Below, piece after piece: positions 11,864 through 25,189 of a stretch of DNA of 64,000 nucleotides; within the stretch, counting starts at the first letter, position 1; each line of letters opens with the position of its first letter. The stretch is from Octopus vulgaris (taxonomy: Eukaryota), in NCBI GenBank assembly GCA_951406725.2, contig OX597823.1:13826001-13890000 (forward strand), given 5' to 3'. A program made the position numbers and the translations under genes. The notes beneath the pieces are model-generated. The model searched no databases, was not told the DNA's origin, and saw nothing but the letters and a program-made list of their open reading frames with translations.

Positions 11864-12020
11864 TAATAATAATATCAACTACTACTACTACTACTGCTAA
11901 CTACTACTATTACTACTACTACTACTACTACTCCTAACTACTACTATTACTATTGCTATTACTACTTCCTACTATTACTACTACCACCACCATCACTACT
12001 ACTACTACTTCTACTACTAC
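11515..12020. repeat. (ATT)n/(CTA)n/(ATA)n trinucleotide tracts
   Basis: Direct reading. Confidence 0.9.
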
Positions 12021-12359
12021 TAGCACTCCGCCACCTATCATTTCACTTGTTTGCATTGTAGCTTCGGTATTAATAAACCCCAGACTGGCGGCCCTTGTTT
12101 ATCACCACAGCCAACAATTGCATGCGGCACGCACGCAAGCACACACACACACACACAGACGCTTTATCCCGCTACTTTCACTCTCAATCCTCCTCTCTAT
12201 CATTCTCTCTCTCTCTCTTTTTCTCGCTTTCACTCTCTCTTCATATATGTGTGCTTGTGCGTGTGTGTGTGTATATGTATATATATACCTACATATATAT
12301 CAATATATATACACACTCATACATACACACATATATATATATACATATATATATATATA

Positions 12360-12888
12360 GCAGCAGGCTGTTTCGCCTCATACCGAAGGAATTAGAAATG
12401 GCAGTCAAAGACTGTTTTTTCCATTTTCTTTAAATGGAGATTCCAAAAACGAAGGCCCGTGCGGCTCACATACACAAAACCGGAGTAGCAAATAGACGCA
12501 AACAGTCACTTACCGTTAATAACGAATTTTGGAGGCAGAATTTTGGAGGGAAAATTTACGTTCCCAGTCGTTACTTAGTTTTAACATCTGCGCACTTCCC
12601 CCCACTATCTGATGTCGCTGGGTCAGAAGTGTGGGCCGGTGGCATTTGGTAAAGCTATCGAATATAGCGCCGATGACGGAAATCAAACTACTTTTCTATG
12701 TTTGTGATCCAGAAACATGTGTTCGTTATTAACGGTAAGTGACTGTTTGCGTCTATTTGCTACTCCGGTTTTGTGTATGTGAGCCGCACGGGCCTTCGTT
12801 TTTGGAATCTCCACTTAAAGAAAATTGAAAAAACAGTCTTTGACTGCCATTTCTAATTCCTTCGGTATGAGGCGAAACAGCCTGCTGC
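12360..12888. mobile_element. MITE with ~167-bp near-perfect TIRs flanked by TA
   Basis: 12360-12526 is the reverse complement of 12722-12888 with few mismatches: TA|GCAGCAGGCTG...CAGCCTGCTGC|TA. Confidence 0.9.
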
Positions 12889-13029
12889 TAGCCCTCTTAT
12901 TTACTTTACTATATACTGAACCTTACAAAGTTCCTGACGATAAATTTGTCGTATTTACATACCGAAATTTACCGGTAAATAATTGTTGGTTACATGAAAA
13001 ACCACAGAAAAATTATTTACCATTTTTAT

Positions 13030-13080
13030 TATATATATATATATATATATATATGTATGCATATACACATGCATATATAC

Positions 13081-13141
<61 letters not shown>

Positions 13142-13835
13142 TACACATGTATATATATATATACACATACATACGTATATGTATATATATATGTATGTAT
13201 GTACGCATATATGTGTGTATGTGTGTGTGTGTGTGTATATGTATGTATATATGTATTTGTATATATACTTGTGCATATGTACATATATATGTGTGTGTAT
13301 GTATGTATGTATGTATGCATGTATGTATGTATGTATGTATGCATGCATGTATGTATGCATGCATGCATGCATGTATGTATGCATGCATGCATGTATGTAT
13401 GTATGTATGTATGTATGCATGCATGCATGTATGTATGTATGTATGTATGTATGCATGCATGTATGTATGTATGTATGTATGTATGTATGTATGTATGCAT
13501 GCATGCATGTATGTATGTATGTATGTATGTATGTATGTATGCATGCATGCATGTATGTATGTATGTATGTATGTATGCATACATGCATGTATGTATGTAT
13601 GTATGTATGTATGTATGTATGCATGCATGTATGTATGTATGTATGTATGTATGTATGTATGCATGTATGTATGCATGTATGTATGTATGTATGTATGTAT
13701 GTATGCATGCATGTATGTATGTATGTATGTATGTATGTATGCATGCATGTATGTATGTATGTATGTATGTATGTATGCATGTATGTATGCATGTATGCAT
13801 GTATGTATGTATGTGTGCGTGTATGTATGTATGCA
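13030..13835. repeat. (TA)n grading into a long (TATG/CATG)n tetranucleotide array
   Basis: Direct reading; source of the 216-448 aa MYVC/HTYI ORFs. Confidence 0.95.
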
Positions 13836-14124
13836 CGTGGAAAGAGTGAAAGAGAGAGACGGGACAAAAGGAGAGAAAGAGAGAGAGAATATACCGTTAG
13901 TGATGAACAAAAGACAGATCATCAGAAGAGAACCAATTCCCTCTATCCGTATGCATCAACACACACACACATATATACACACACACAAACACTAACTCAT
14001 ACACGCACATATATGCGTAAACAAAGACACATACATCTTGTGTGTTTGTGTATGAATGTACGAGAGCTTGTGTATGTTCTTGCATGTGTAAACATGTATG
14101 AGTTTATATATCCCTACAGACCCA

Positions 14125-14168
<44 letters not shown>

Positions 14169-14192
14169 TGAGTGTGTAGAGATGTATATATG

Positions 14193-14227
<35 letters not shown>

Positions 14228-14296
14228 TAATAAATAAAATATATGCATACATACAAACATATATGTACGTACCGACATCTACATGTATATATATAC

Positions 14297-14330
<34 letters not shown>

Positions 14331-14914
14331 ATGTAAGTATGTATGTATGCATGTATGTATATGTATATATACAGAAGATCAACTCGTATTATATAACGAG
14401 AAATCAAACATAAACAAGATTTATATGTATCACATCTTTTGTCTTCGAAATGTCTGCCACGCTGGATGTATCATGTTAATACCGCCATGAATTATTGCAG
14501 TCAATACACCCTGTCACGTGATATTACCCCGGTAGACAATGCACCGCACAATAATATCCTGTTTGGAACCTTTCTTTTCAGAAACTTCCGATACTGTTGT
14601 ATAAAAGGAGCTGGCGTCATTATTCTCTCTTTTAGGAATTACTAGGTTTAACGGTAAATCAGAAATGGAGAGAAATACATTTCCTTTTGAAACCCACCAG
14701 GTATTACTTCGTCTGCTAGAAATAACTACGAAAATTTCTTTCGTAATCCCACGCTGAGTTCTTAGAAAAACACATGGTGGACGCAATCGGGAAGTATTCG
14801 GTTTTAAAAAGGTAATTGGATTTGATAACGCAGTCAGTCTTTAATGCGATATCACCGTCAAGAAAAGAACAAAGACATTTCGGAAAGGTGTACCTTTGGC
14901 TAAATAATAACAGC

Positions 14915-14917
14915 AGA

Positions 14918-14949
<32 letters not shown>

Positions 14950-14967
14950 TGAAGAGAGAGAGAGAGT

Positions 14968-14998
<31 letters not shown>

Positions 14999-15106
14999 TG
15001 AGACAGACAGACAGATAGACAGACAGAAGGAGACAGAGAGAGACAGACAGAGACAGACAGAGGCAGACAGAGAGACAGACAGAGACAGAGAGAGACAGAG
15101 AGAGAC

Positions 15107-15159
<53 letters not shown>

Positions 15160-15262
15160 GACAGAGACAGAGAGACAGAGAGTGAAAGACAGAGAGAGAG
15201 AGGGGGGAAAGACACACAATTAGGCAGACAGTTAGACGGTCAGACAGACAAGCAGACAGACA
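14915..15262. repeat. (GA)n/(GACA)n microsatellite
   Basis: Direct reading. Confidence 0.95.
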
Positions 15263-15739
15263 GAAAAGTGAGATTAAGATGGCGAGTCCAATTTGCTTAG
15301 ATTGTTGCTGATGTTGTTCTTGTGGTTTAGCCCCCAAAAATCTACTATATGAAGCAGAAGACTTCATTGGAAGTCAAAAGACTTCCAAACGTGACCAGAC
15401 TGTTTGATTTTTTTTTAAAGACAGTCTTTCGAAGAACCACTTAATCAATGAGTATTTGCTGGTTCATTTTCATACGGACTTCATTGTGTGAAGGGTTGGG
15501 ATCTCTTGCAAATCAACCGACCAAGTAAACATTCCCCCGGCCAACTCCTACGGCCAGGGATAAACTTTCAGGCCAGTCCTGTTTGAGATTCTGTTTCAAT
15601 CTTTGTCTTCAATCCTTGTGCTTACCAACAGTATACAAACGGCAACATACATCAATGCGCATGTGCGTACGCCGGACAAAATGCTTAATGACATTTCGTT
15701 CGCCTTTACGTTCTGAGTTCAAATTCCGCCGATATTGGC

Positions 15740-15815
<76 letters not shown>

Positions 15816-16108
15816 GTGTGAAGGCACATGGCCTAGTGATTAGAGTAGCGGACTCGCAGTTTAGAGATCGCGGGTTCGAATCTCAAACCGGGCGATGTGT
15901 GTGTTTATGAGCGAAACACCTAAGATCCACGTGGCTCCGGCAGAAGGTAATGGCGAACTTCTGCTGACTCTTTCGCCACAACTGTCTCTCACTTTTTCCT
16001 CCATCTTTGCAGCTCACCTGCGACGGACCGGCGTCTCGTCCAGGTGGGGAACCTATACGCCAAGGAAACCGGAAAACCGGCCCCACGAGAAGGAACAAAC
16101 AACAACCT
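15816..16108 (+). mobile_element. SINE family B, tail variant 2
   Basis: tRNA-like head ggcacatggcctagtgattagagtagcggactcgc..ggttcgaatc; body related to 17021-17200; tail ..gaaggaacaaacaacaac shared with 55097-55350. Confidence 0.85.
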
Positions 16109-16117
16109 AGCCACTAC

Positions 16118-16270
16118 ACACATTTTTTTTCTCTCCTTGTTTCTCTCCTTGTTTTTTCTGTGTCCCTTTCTGTAGAATAGCGTAGGCTCGAAACGTAAAA
16201 GATTTTTTCTATTCCTGAGCGTTAAACAAATACATCTGTTTGTTTTGTACACCACTTGCCTTCGTCTTTT
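16118..16270 (+). mobile_element. Penelope-like pseudo-LTR relic with hammerhead-like motif at 16166-16201
   Basis: CUUU-CUGUAGA-auAGC guag GCUc-GAAA-CG-UA-AAAG; ends against (TA)n; paralogous to 7741-7927. Confidence 0.55.
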
Positions 16271-16551
16271 GTTTTTTTGTAAACTCTCTCTATATATATA
16301 TAATCATCAACATCATGAACTCTCCCGTCGTTAGACGACGTATGATTTGTTTATAATGTTATAATGATCAAATGTTTGTGTTCACATAAGCTCACTTCCT
16401 CCATCAAATCGACATCGTGTGCCCCATGTCAGATGACGAAATGAAGTGCTTTGCTCAAGAACACAACGCAACACCCGGTTTGGAAATCGAAACCACGATC
16501 TCGCAATCCTGAGTGCAATACCCTAGCCATTAAGCCATGCGCCAATATATA

Positions 16552-16632
<81 letters not shown>

Positions 16633-16895
16633 AACTTACTTGGAAAAGGATGCGTGGCGTTCGATCATATAATAATATAAATATATGCATATATGCATAC
16701 ATATATGTATATACCTACATATATATGTATATATACATGCATATACGGGTACAGGACATCAAAAATACGTTGAACACATTGAGAAACGGAAACATAAAAA
16801 CAAAACACAGAAACGCACTGTTTTTTCGAACAACGAATATAACAGAGAAACGAAGGCATGCAACATAAAGAATATTCCCCTTCTTCAGTTGTCCC

Positions 16896-17660
16896 TAAGG
16901 AAGTGGAGAGGAAATGAAATCGACAGATATCAGCCGGTAAACATTCCTGTATGTCTATATATTTCAATGTGTTGGATTGATACACACACATGTATTAGTG
17001 GTACAGATTATCAAAAAGGAGTGGAGGCGCAATGGCCCAGTGGTTAGGGCAGCGGATTCGCGGTCGTAGGATCGTGGTTTCGATTCCCAGACTGCGCGTT
17101 GTGAGTGTTTATTGAGCGAAAACACCTAAAGCTCCACGAGGCTCCGGCAGGGGGTGGTGGTGATCCCTGCTGTACTCTTTCACCACAACTTTCTCTCACT
17201 CTTACTTCCTCTTTCTGTTGTACCTGTATTTCAAGGGGCCGGCCTTGTCACTCTCTGTGTCACGCTGAATATCCCCGAGAACTACGTTAAGGGTACACGT
17301 GTCTGTGGAGTGCTCAGCCACTTACACGTTAATTTCACGAGCAGGCTGTTCCGTTGATCGGATCAACCGGAACCCTCGTCGTCGTAACCGACGGAGTGCT
17401 TCCATCCCATATCAAAAAGGAACTAGCACCTACACACCCATTCCGTTTTAGAAAAAAATCTGTTCATTTGCTCATTTGCTCATCTGCTCAATTGCTTCCA
17501 CACCCTTGTTTTTGCATTTACCAATTACAAACGTTTTCCATTTGATAATCTGCACCAATAATACACGTGTGTATATCAATCCAATACAGTGGAATAAATA
17601 GATATACTGGAATGTTTACCGGCTGAATTCTGCCAATTTCATATCCTCTCCACTTTCTTA
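16896..17660. mobile_element. Old MITE with ~125-bp degenerate TIRs and TA ends, interrupted by a family B SINE
   Basis: 16896-17020 and ~17538-17660 are imperfect reverse complements (aagtggagagga, cagccggtaaacattcc, cagattatcaaa). Confidence 0.7.
17021..17409 (+). mobile_element. tRNA-derived SINE family B, full length, 12-bp TSD
   Basis: A box TGGCCCAGTGG, B box GTTTCGATTCC. TSD tatcaaaaagga at 17009-17020 and 17410-17421. Confidence 0.92.
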
Positions 17661-17858
17661 TTTGCCGTATAAATCAAGGGTAAACCACTTCTTACCCCCG
17701 CCCATATATAACACTCAATTGCGAGATTGCCACGCAATAACTAGCACTTGGGTATGAATAATTGGGTACACTACCAGCAGTATATTGGATAGGTGCTATC
17801 CCTTAGTTGGTTTCTCAACCTCTAACTCACACACACACACACACACACATACACACAG

Positions 17859-17897
<39 letters not shown>

Positions 17898-17959
17898 CAC
17901 ACATACACACACAAATACACACAAACACACGCACATATACATTCATAATTATGGTTAGT

Positions 17960-18200
17960 CCCCATTATTCCGTAAGGAGCACGGGGCTGGTTTCCCGGTT
18001 TTTCTGGAGTATACATTCAATCCTTCCTGGACGGGACGCAGGTCCGTCTGTCACAAGATTGCCAGCTGAGTGGAATGGTGCAACATGAAATGAAGGGTTA
18101 TGTACAAGGCCAGAATGCATCATTAGGTCCAGGAATCGAAACCGCAATCTTACGATCATGAGTACAACACCCAAACCACTAAACCATGCACCTCCACACT
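17960..18200 (-). mobile_element. Degenerate SINE related to family D
   Basis: Minus-strand head gtggaggtgcatggtttagtgg..gtttcgattcc followed by tttcatgttgcaccattccactcagctg, as at 32394-32530. Confidence 0.6.
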
Positions 18201-18227
18201 TGTGAGAGAATGTGTATGTGTGTGTGT

Positions 18228-18275
<48 letters not shown>

Positions 18276-18277
18276 AG

Positions 18278-18312
<35 letters not shown>

Positions 18313-18329
18313 TATATATATATATATAT

Positions 18330-18680
18330 AATAATATTAGGGAATAAATCCAAACTTACAGGGAAAAATTAGATTTAGGATTAAATCCAATTTTATTGTA
18401 TAAATATATTATATTATATTAAATTAGAGATAAAACCACTATTAGGCAAATCAAACAATGAAAAACATAAGCCAATACATAAAATTAATTTAAAAATATA
18501 AAAGTTTTTAAAAAAATATTTAAATAATTTAAACTTATAAATTTTATATATATATACAAATATATATATATATGTATGTATGTATATTTTTATATTTTTA
18601 TAATTTTATGTATTGGCTTATGTTTTTCACTGTTTGATTTGCCTAATAGTGGTTTTATCTCTAATTTAATATAATATATA
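18330..18680. repeat. AT-rich foldback (arms ~18408-18487 and ~18601-18680) embedded in (TA)n
   Basis: ttagagataaaaccactattaggcaaatcaaaca(a/g)tgaaaaacataagccaatacataaaatta occurs in both orientations. Confidence 0.85.
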
Positions 18681-18683
18681 TAT

Positions 18684-18786
<103 letters not shown>

Positions 18787-19075
18787 ATATACTACTCGAA
18801 TATTTTGTGTTCACTAATTGAATTATGAATTCTTATAAATTGAATTACCAAATGCAAAATGGTAGATTAGTACATTTCATGAGCGTCGTGTGAAGTATTA
18901 TGCTTTGCATGAAATATCATCGTTGGTATAAAAATTAATTTTTGTCAAAAATTTGTAATCTTTAGAAGGGTGTTTAAATAATTATCTTCGTCTCTTGGTG
19001 CTGTGTAAATACCCTGCATATCTTTTTCCCCTAATTATAGTAGAAAGCTTGTAAATGCTGGTTGAAACATGAGTG

Positions 19076-19160
<85 letters not shown>

Positions 19161-19215
19161 TGTATTTATGTATGCATTCACGCAGATAATACGTATATAT
19201 GGTATGCATAGTGAG

Positions 19216-19289
<74 letters not shown>

Positions 19290-19349
19290 ATTGATTGATT
19301 GATTGATTGATTGATTGATAGCCAAACAGACAGATTATAATTATTATTA

Positions 19350-19800
19350 TGATTCAAGCGGAGAACTGGCAGAATTGTTAGCACGCTGGACAGAAGTGGT
19401 AAGTGGCCTTTCATCCGACTTTACATTCTGTGTTTAAACTCTGCCGAAGTTGAATATGCCTTTCGTCTTTTCGAGATCGATCAAATAAGTATCATTTGAG
19501 CACTGGGGATCGATGTAATTGATTAGCTCCTCCCCGCAAATGTCAAGCTGTGTGTCTATTGAAGGAAGAATTATTGCTGTTATTAAGGGAGCGAGCAAGC
19601 AAAATCGTTAGTGTGTTGGACAAAATGGCTCGTGGTATTTCTTCCGGCACAGTAATCTCTGAACTAAAATCTCGTCGAGCTCAACTTTGCCTTTCATCTT
19701 TTCTAGATCAATAAAATAAAGTACCGGTCAAGTAACGAATCGATGGAATCACCTAAACCATCCCCTAAAAATTGCTGGCCTTGTGCCTAAATCAGAAGCT
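19350..19800 (+). mobile_element. Two adjacent diverged family C SINE monomers
   Basis: Each has a ggcagaa..gttag-like head and a gcctttc(a/g)tctttt..gatc core. Confidence 0.7.
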
Positions 19801-20224
19801 ATCATTAGTATTCTTTTTTTAAGAAAATTATTATTATTATTTTGCACTGCATATGCCCCGCTTTGTTAGTTGTTTCTGTTGGGAATATTATGTATTGTTC
19901 ATTTTCTCTCGATAGAACTTTCGTTAAATCAGGAACTCTGCTTCCGTTTGAAGATGGAGGTAGTGAGTGAGGAGCCTAAAAGGCACCTCTCTTATAACAC
20001 AAAATTTTACCTTATCGTAAATATCAGTTAAGCAATACACGCCTACTAAGATTTATGAAGTATTCGGATAGAAAATGACTTCTCTGTCTACGACTCTTAG
20101 CAGCAACGATTCCACGTAAAACATCAACGTCTTGTTTTCAACTTTAGCTGCATTTGTGACACTAAGCATTTTCTCCGGCGTGCTAAAGATTCTGTTAGCT
20201 CACCACCCTTATACAGTATATTAT

Positions 20225-20580
20225 GTGGAGGCGCAATGGCCCAGTGGTTAGGGCAGCGGACTCGCGGTCATAGGATCGCGGTTTCGATCCCAGACCGGGC
20301 GTTGTGAGTGTTTATTGAGCGAAAACACCTAAAGCTCCACGAGGCTCCGGCAGGGGATGGTGGTGATCCCTGCTGTACTCTTTCACCACAACTTTCTCTC
20401 ACTCTTACTTCCTGTTTCTATTGTACCTGTATTTCAAGGGGCCAGCCTTGTCACTCTCTGTGTCACGCTGAATATCCCCGAGAACTACGTTAAGGGTACA
20501 CGTGTCTGTGGAGTGCTCAGCCACTTACACGTTAATTTCACGAGCAGGCTCATCGTCGTAACCGACGGAGTGCTTCCATA
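20225..20580 (+). mobile_element. Family B SINE with a small tail deletion, 12-bp TSD
   Basis: Near-identical to 17021-17409. TSD acagtatattat at 20213-20224 and 20581-20592. Confidence 0.92.
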
Positions 20581-21074
20581 ACAGTATATTATTGAGTCCG
20601 GGAAGATGGAAAACAAATAGATCTCGGCACATTTGAACTCCGTAAATGGCTGAAATTAGATGCTGCAAAACATTTCATCCAATACTCTAATGATTCTTCG
20701 ACTCCATCTCTTTAACAATCCACTGTATACCATTTTTAGTGGAAACTATTTATTCCTAGGTATCGATATTACACGTTGTTACACAAGTGTCAGCGCTAGC
20801 CACCAAGGTTTGTATAACAAGAGTTTGATAAGCCTGGAACTTCTAGTTTCACTACTCCTCCCTACACATCCTTCAAATAATAGCTGCATAACTGTTGAAT
20901 TGCACTCAGCTCTCTTAGAAACAAATGGCCATTTTAGGTAATGTTGTCCCTGGTGCATAACTTAGATAACTTAGATATGTTTCGACCAAAGATTGGTTCA
21001 GGCCATGTCTAACTTAATAGCACCACCTGATAGGATTATTCGAATCCTGTTTAAGTCAAGTTTTGTTTAAGTCA

Positions 21075-21330
21075 AGTAAGTAAGTTCTTGTTGGGTGAGT
21101 TGAATCCAATTATGGGTGGCTTATCTGGTATTCTTTGAAGGAATCTATCTAGACTCCGTTTAAAGTTGATGGGATCCTTTTCCTCTTTGATCTCCCTCGG
21201 GACAATGTTAAATAGGGCAGGGCCTGTTGAGGAAAAGAAATTATGCTGCAGTGTACATGTATGTTGTGATCTTGAATTTGGCAGGGGACGTATAGCCTGT
21301 GGTCCAAGTCTTGGATGAACCTTGAATGGA
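21075..21330 (-). mobile_element. 3' fragment of a CR1-group LINE ORF2
   Basis: FSSTGPALFNIVPREIK..FKRSLDRFLQRIPDKP matches the typical CR1-group C-terminal motif. Confidence 0.75.
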
Positions 21331-21789
21331 AAGAAATAACAGAATATTTGCATTTGAAGTCGATCATTTGTATTCTTCAACACATATTGTTTAAGGTTAA
21401 TAGCAATAGCAACAGCCAGGAGCTTTGTGCTCTACGCGTTGGGTTAACCGTTTATAGAACTGGTTAAAGACGATGCTGATGTCTGCCGATGTCCTTAAAA
21501 ATGCAGCAAGTTCGAAACTGATGCTGTAAAGAGAAGTGAAATGTTTGTTTTGAGGACTGAGCATTGAACTATGATCAAAGTAATCATTGAGGATCGGAAA
21601 TCTTCTTGTTGAAGGGATTGGCATCGTATCTCAATTGTGATAATACTAATGATGTGCACAGTTATTTAGTTGTATCAGGGAAAGGAATTGTGGTGCGTTT
21701 CTGTGAACAAGAAGCATAGTCGGCAGCAGAAATTGTGCGAGTGTTCGTTTCTTGCTGGTATTTATGCAGCACAATAACCTTATATTATA

Positions 21790-22005
21790 CATTTCTTTAT
21801 TGCCCACAAGGGGCTAAACAAGCACAGACAAACGGATTAAGTCGATTACATCGACCCCAGTGCGTAACTGGCACTTTATTTATCGACCCCAAAAGGATGA
21901 AAGGCAAAGTCGACCTCGGCGGAATTTGAACTCAGAACGTAACGGCAGCCGAAATACTGGTAAGCATTCCGGCCGGCGTGTAAACAATTCTGCCAGCTCG
22001 CCGCT
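21790..22005 (-). mobile_element. Family C SINE monomer
   Basis: Matches the 9490-9725 unit in reverse. Confidence 0.85.
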
Positions 22006-22732
22006 ATAGGCTTAAGTTATATTTTCAATTCTTTTACAAAGACAATAGAAAGCTGCTTCAGTATACAATCTTGTTATGCAACATTAGAAATAAGGAAACT
22101 GCTAGATTGCATGCTGTTGTATTTTATCGCGTCTCGTGATATCGATAAATAAATTATTCTCGGTTGTTATGAAGCACAGCGCAAAAGTGCTGGTGAAACC
22201 TAAAGTCCGTTTAGACTGAATAAAATCATTTTATAGTTTACAAATACTTGGCACATGACTGTGTTGTATTTCTTACAAAAATTACGTCAGTGGTTTTGTC
22301 TGTCTTTGCAGGCTGCGCAGTTTTTTAGACAAATTTTTCTTTCGTTAGTGGAAACGTCTGTTCGTCGTTACTCCAAGCAAATATTTACGTGACAAAGACA
22401 AGAGTAAAATATCTTAGTAATTATTCTTGTACGATGACTACCACAGGCGATATTGCAAAACGCCCCGTGTTCATTGTAGGTTAATAACAGAGGCCATCAC
22501 TTACCGGACTCTTTCTAACGTTTAGCTTAGAGAGAGAGGGGGGTGAGAAAGAGGGAGAAAGAGAGAGGGGGTAGAGAGAGAGGGAGAGAGGTGGAGAGGG
22601 AGATGCAGTGTGTTTGTTTCTTTTAGGACGAAGGATATATCCAGTTGGTATCTATTTTCTTGTAAACCAGAAAAGACGATCTTTGAACTCAATGCTGGTC
22701 GCAAAATAAACTCGCTTAACAACAGCGAGGAA

Positions 22733-24049
22733 CACAGAATTTGGTGCTTTAGATATTAGAATTGTTTTTAGTTCAATTTTTCGTCGCTAATTCTAAATAC
22801 GCCATTAGTTTTTCTCCCTCAGCTCTGGCCGCCGAGATAAATTATAACTCTAATTGTTATGCATACGACTGATCAGGAATAAAGACTGATGAGTACAAAT
22901 CATTTTTGAAGTCTTTTGGATGAAAGAATGGCTTCGCACAAGAATATGTTTATTTATGATAAAATTAGATCCAGAGAATCAGATAATAGTGAAACAAACA
23001 TAGAAAGTTGTCATGGATACATTGTTGATTTACTCAGACGGCTCACAAAAGCAGCGTTACAAAGACTTCCTATGGTAGGCTGCCCCCGAACGATCCCGTG
23101 AATGATCTATCAGCAATCTGCCATCATATGGGCATGCCAGTCTCCCCGAGAGTTTTTTCCAATAGTTCTTAAACCATCGCAGAATCGTTCATCCTATTTA
23201 TAACTTAGGTCACCAAAATTTTCTGGGAAATAATCCAAGTGACCGTGAAGGAGATGCACTTTGATGTTCATATTACAACCAAGGTCACAGAAAGAAATAA
23301 ATCCTATACTAGTTCAGAATAGTCATCTTTATGACTTCCAAGGACATTCCTTACAGTCAAAGTGAACGATGACCACGCAGCTATCTCGCCAATGTTCATT
23401 GAATCTTGGACATCTGGATCTTCCATGACTTCCCTGATTAGTGGCGGATCGAAAATGCCCGCCTTCGGTTTCTCCATATCCATCACTGGAAATTCTTTGT
23501 ACATGTCAACGCTGTTCCCTGCTATGTTCAAAGCCTTTAAGAATTAATTCATTAAACTTAGTTTAACATGCAGTGGTGATAAAATAATCTGATTTCTGTC
23601 AACCAGGTGCTCTGAAATTAGATTCTTTTCTCCCACGATGATGTTTTCACACAGTGGCCATTGTTTCCTCATCTAGTGCTCATCCTTAGATCTACTATCC
23701 CAAATTCTGATAAAGCAGGGACACTTGACATATCCACTTTGCTGACCCAGAAAATAATTCACCATCTTATGATCTACACATATTAGCCATTGGTAATCCT
23801 GGTAGGAAATCTTTTGAGACCAAGGAGATTGTTTGCTGTAATGCTACTGGTATTACACAGGAATACAGGCTGTGACATACTCATGAGAAGTACAGTTAGC
23901 CATAAGTGTATTAGCTCAAAAACTAGAGATACTAAAAGCAAAGCAAACAAAGAGATACTAAAAGCAAACAAAGCAAACAAAATCTTATTCAGTGGTGTGA
24001 ATACCCTTAGAATCGGGTTTAAAATCTGAGGCGCTCAAAATCTATCGTG
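22733..24049 (-). mobile_element. Internally deleted CMC/Chapaev3-type DNA transposon with transposase pseudogene (~23100-23785)
   Basis: Minus-strand motifs ICVDHKMV..LGQQSGYVKCPCFI..WDSR, IILSPLHVKL, KAGIFDPPLIRE..AAWSSF, LGCNMNIKVHLLHGHLDYFPENFGDLS and MMADC, with stops. Putative CAC...GTG termini with degenerate TIRs. The superfamily call is from recall of these motifs. Confidence 0.75.
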
Positions 24050-24144
24050 AATTTGTTTCGAGAATGAAACTGGGTATGTTTTCTCTGAGGAGAATCCTAC
24101 AAAATGGGAAACGGTCCATCAGGAGACCCCTTCCCACTTTTTTA

Positions 24145-24296
24145 TAGGCGCAGGGGTGGCTGTCTGGTAAGTATATTGCATACCTACCACATGGTTCCTG
24201 GTTCAGTCCCACTGCGTAGTACCTTGGGCGTCTTCTACTATAGCCTCGGGCCGACCAAAGCCTTGTGAGTGGATTTGGTAGCCCGTCGTATATATG

Positions 24297-24365
<69 letters not shown>

Positions 24366-25015
24366 GTATGTATGTATATATGTGTGTGTGTGTGTGTGTT
24401 TGTGTGGCTGTGTTTGTCCCCCCAACATTGCTTGAGAACCGATGCTGGTGTGTTTACGTCCCCGTAACTTAGCGGTTCGGCAAAATACACTGATAGAATA
24501 AGTCCTGGGGTCGATGTGCTCGACTAAAAGGCGATGCTCCAGCATGGCCGCAGTCAAATGACTAAAACAAATAAAATAGTAAAAGAGAGTAATCATAGGC
24601 GCAGGCGTGGCTGTGTTGTAAGAAGCTTGCTTACCAATCACGTGGTTCCAGGTTCAGTCCCACAATGTGGAACCTTGGGCGTCTATCTTCTACTATAGCC
24701 TCAGTCCGACTAAAGTCTTGTGTGTGGATATGGTAGACGGAAACTGAAAGAAGCCCGTCGTATATATGTGTATATGTGTGTGTCTTTGTGTCTGTGTTTC
24801 GTCCCCATCATCACTGCTTGACAACCGGTGCTGGTGTGTTTACGTCCCCGTAACTTTACTGTTCGGCAAAAGAGAACAATAGAATAAATACAAAGCTCAT
24901 AAAAACGATTAGGACTGGGTGGGGGTCGATACATACGACTAAAACTTTTTCAATGCGGTGCCCCAGCATGGCCGCAGTCTAATGACTGAGACAAGTAAAA
25001 GCCAAAGGATAAAAG
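24145..25015 (+). mobile_element. Two head-to-tail family A SINEs (~24145-24585, ~24596-25015)
   Basis: Each starts ataggcgcagg..tggctgt and ends in cagcatggccgcagtc..aaaa. Confidence 0.88.
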
Positions 25016-25189
25016 ATACCAGTCTTCGATCATCCGAATGGAAAGGATTTCGCATTTAGCAGGAAGGTCCATCGACTGCTCCAAGGGTTGCAGAGGAATA
25101 TATATGGACCGTGATCTGCGTAGATCTGAGATTTATTGCGAACTAGCGGGACCCGTGAATATTTCACGGAATTAATGGTAAACATACTT

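Noticed and set aside
12825-14171. 448-aa and overlapping long ORFs (MYVC/HTYI repeats)
   Set aside because: Translations of (TA)n/(TATG)n microsatellites that lack stop codons in several frames; no domain content.
17021-17095. tRNA-like sequence (also at 20225, 32394, 55097 and ~58900)
   Set aside because: These are SINE heads: they continue into shared SINE bodies, several with TSDs, and I see no complete acceptor stem.
17105-17357. Repeated small ORFs (MFIERKHLKL.., MVVIPAVLFH..) suggesting a gene family
   Set aside because: They recur only because they lie inside family B SINE copies.
21350-21770. 75-aa minus-strand ORF as a host exon (a similar case at 51503-51830)
   Set aside because: No recognisable domain or convincing splice-site pair; cannot be supported from sequence alone.
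22880-22915. CTGATGA box as a further hammerhead (similar boxes on the minus strand near 50615, 51070 and 55635)
   Set aside because: No properly placed stem II, GAAA and stem I pairing.
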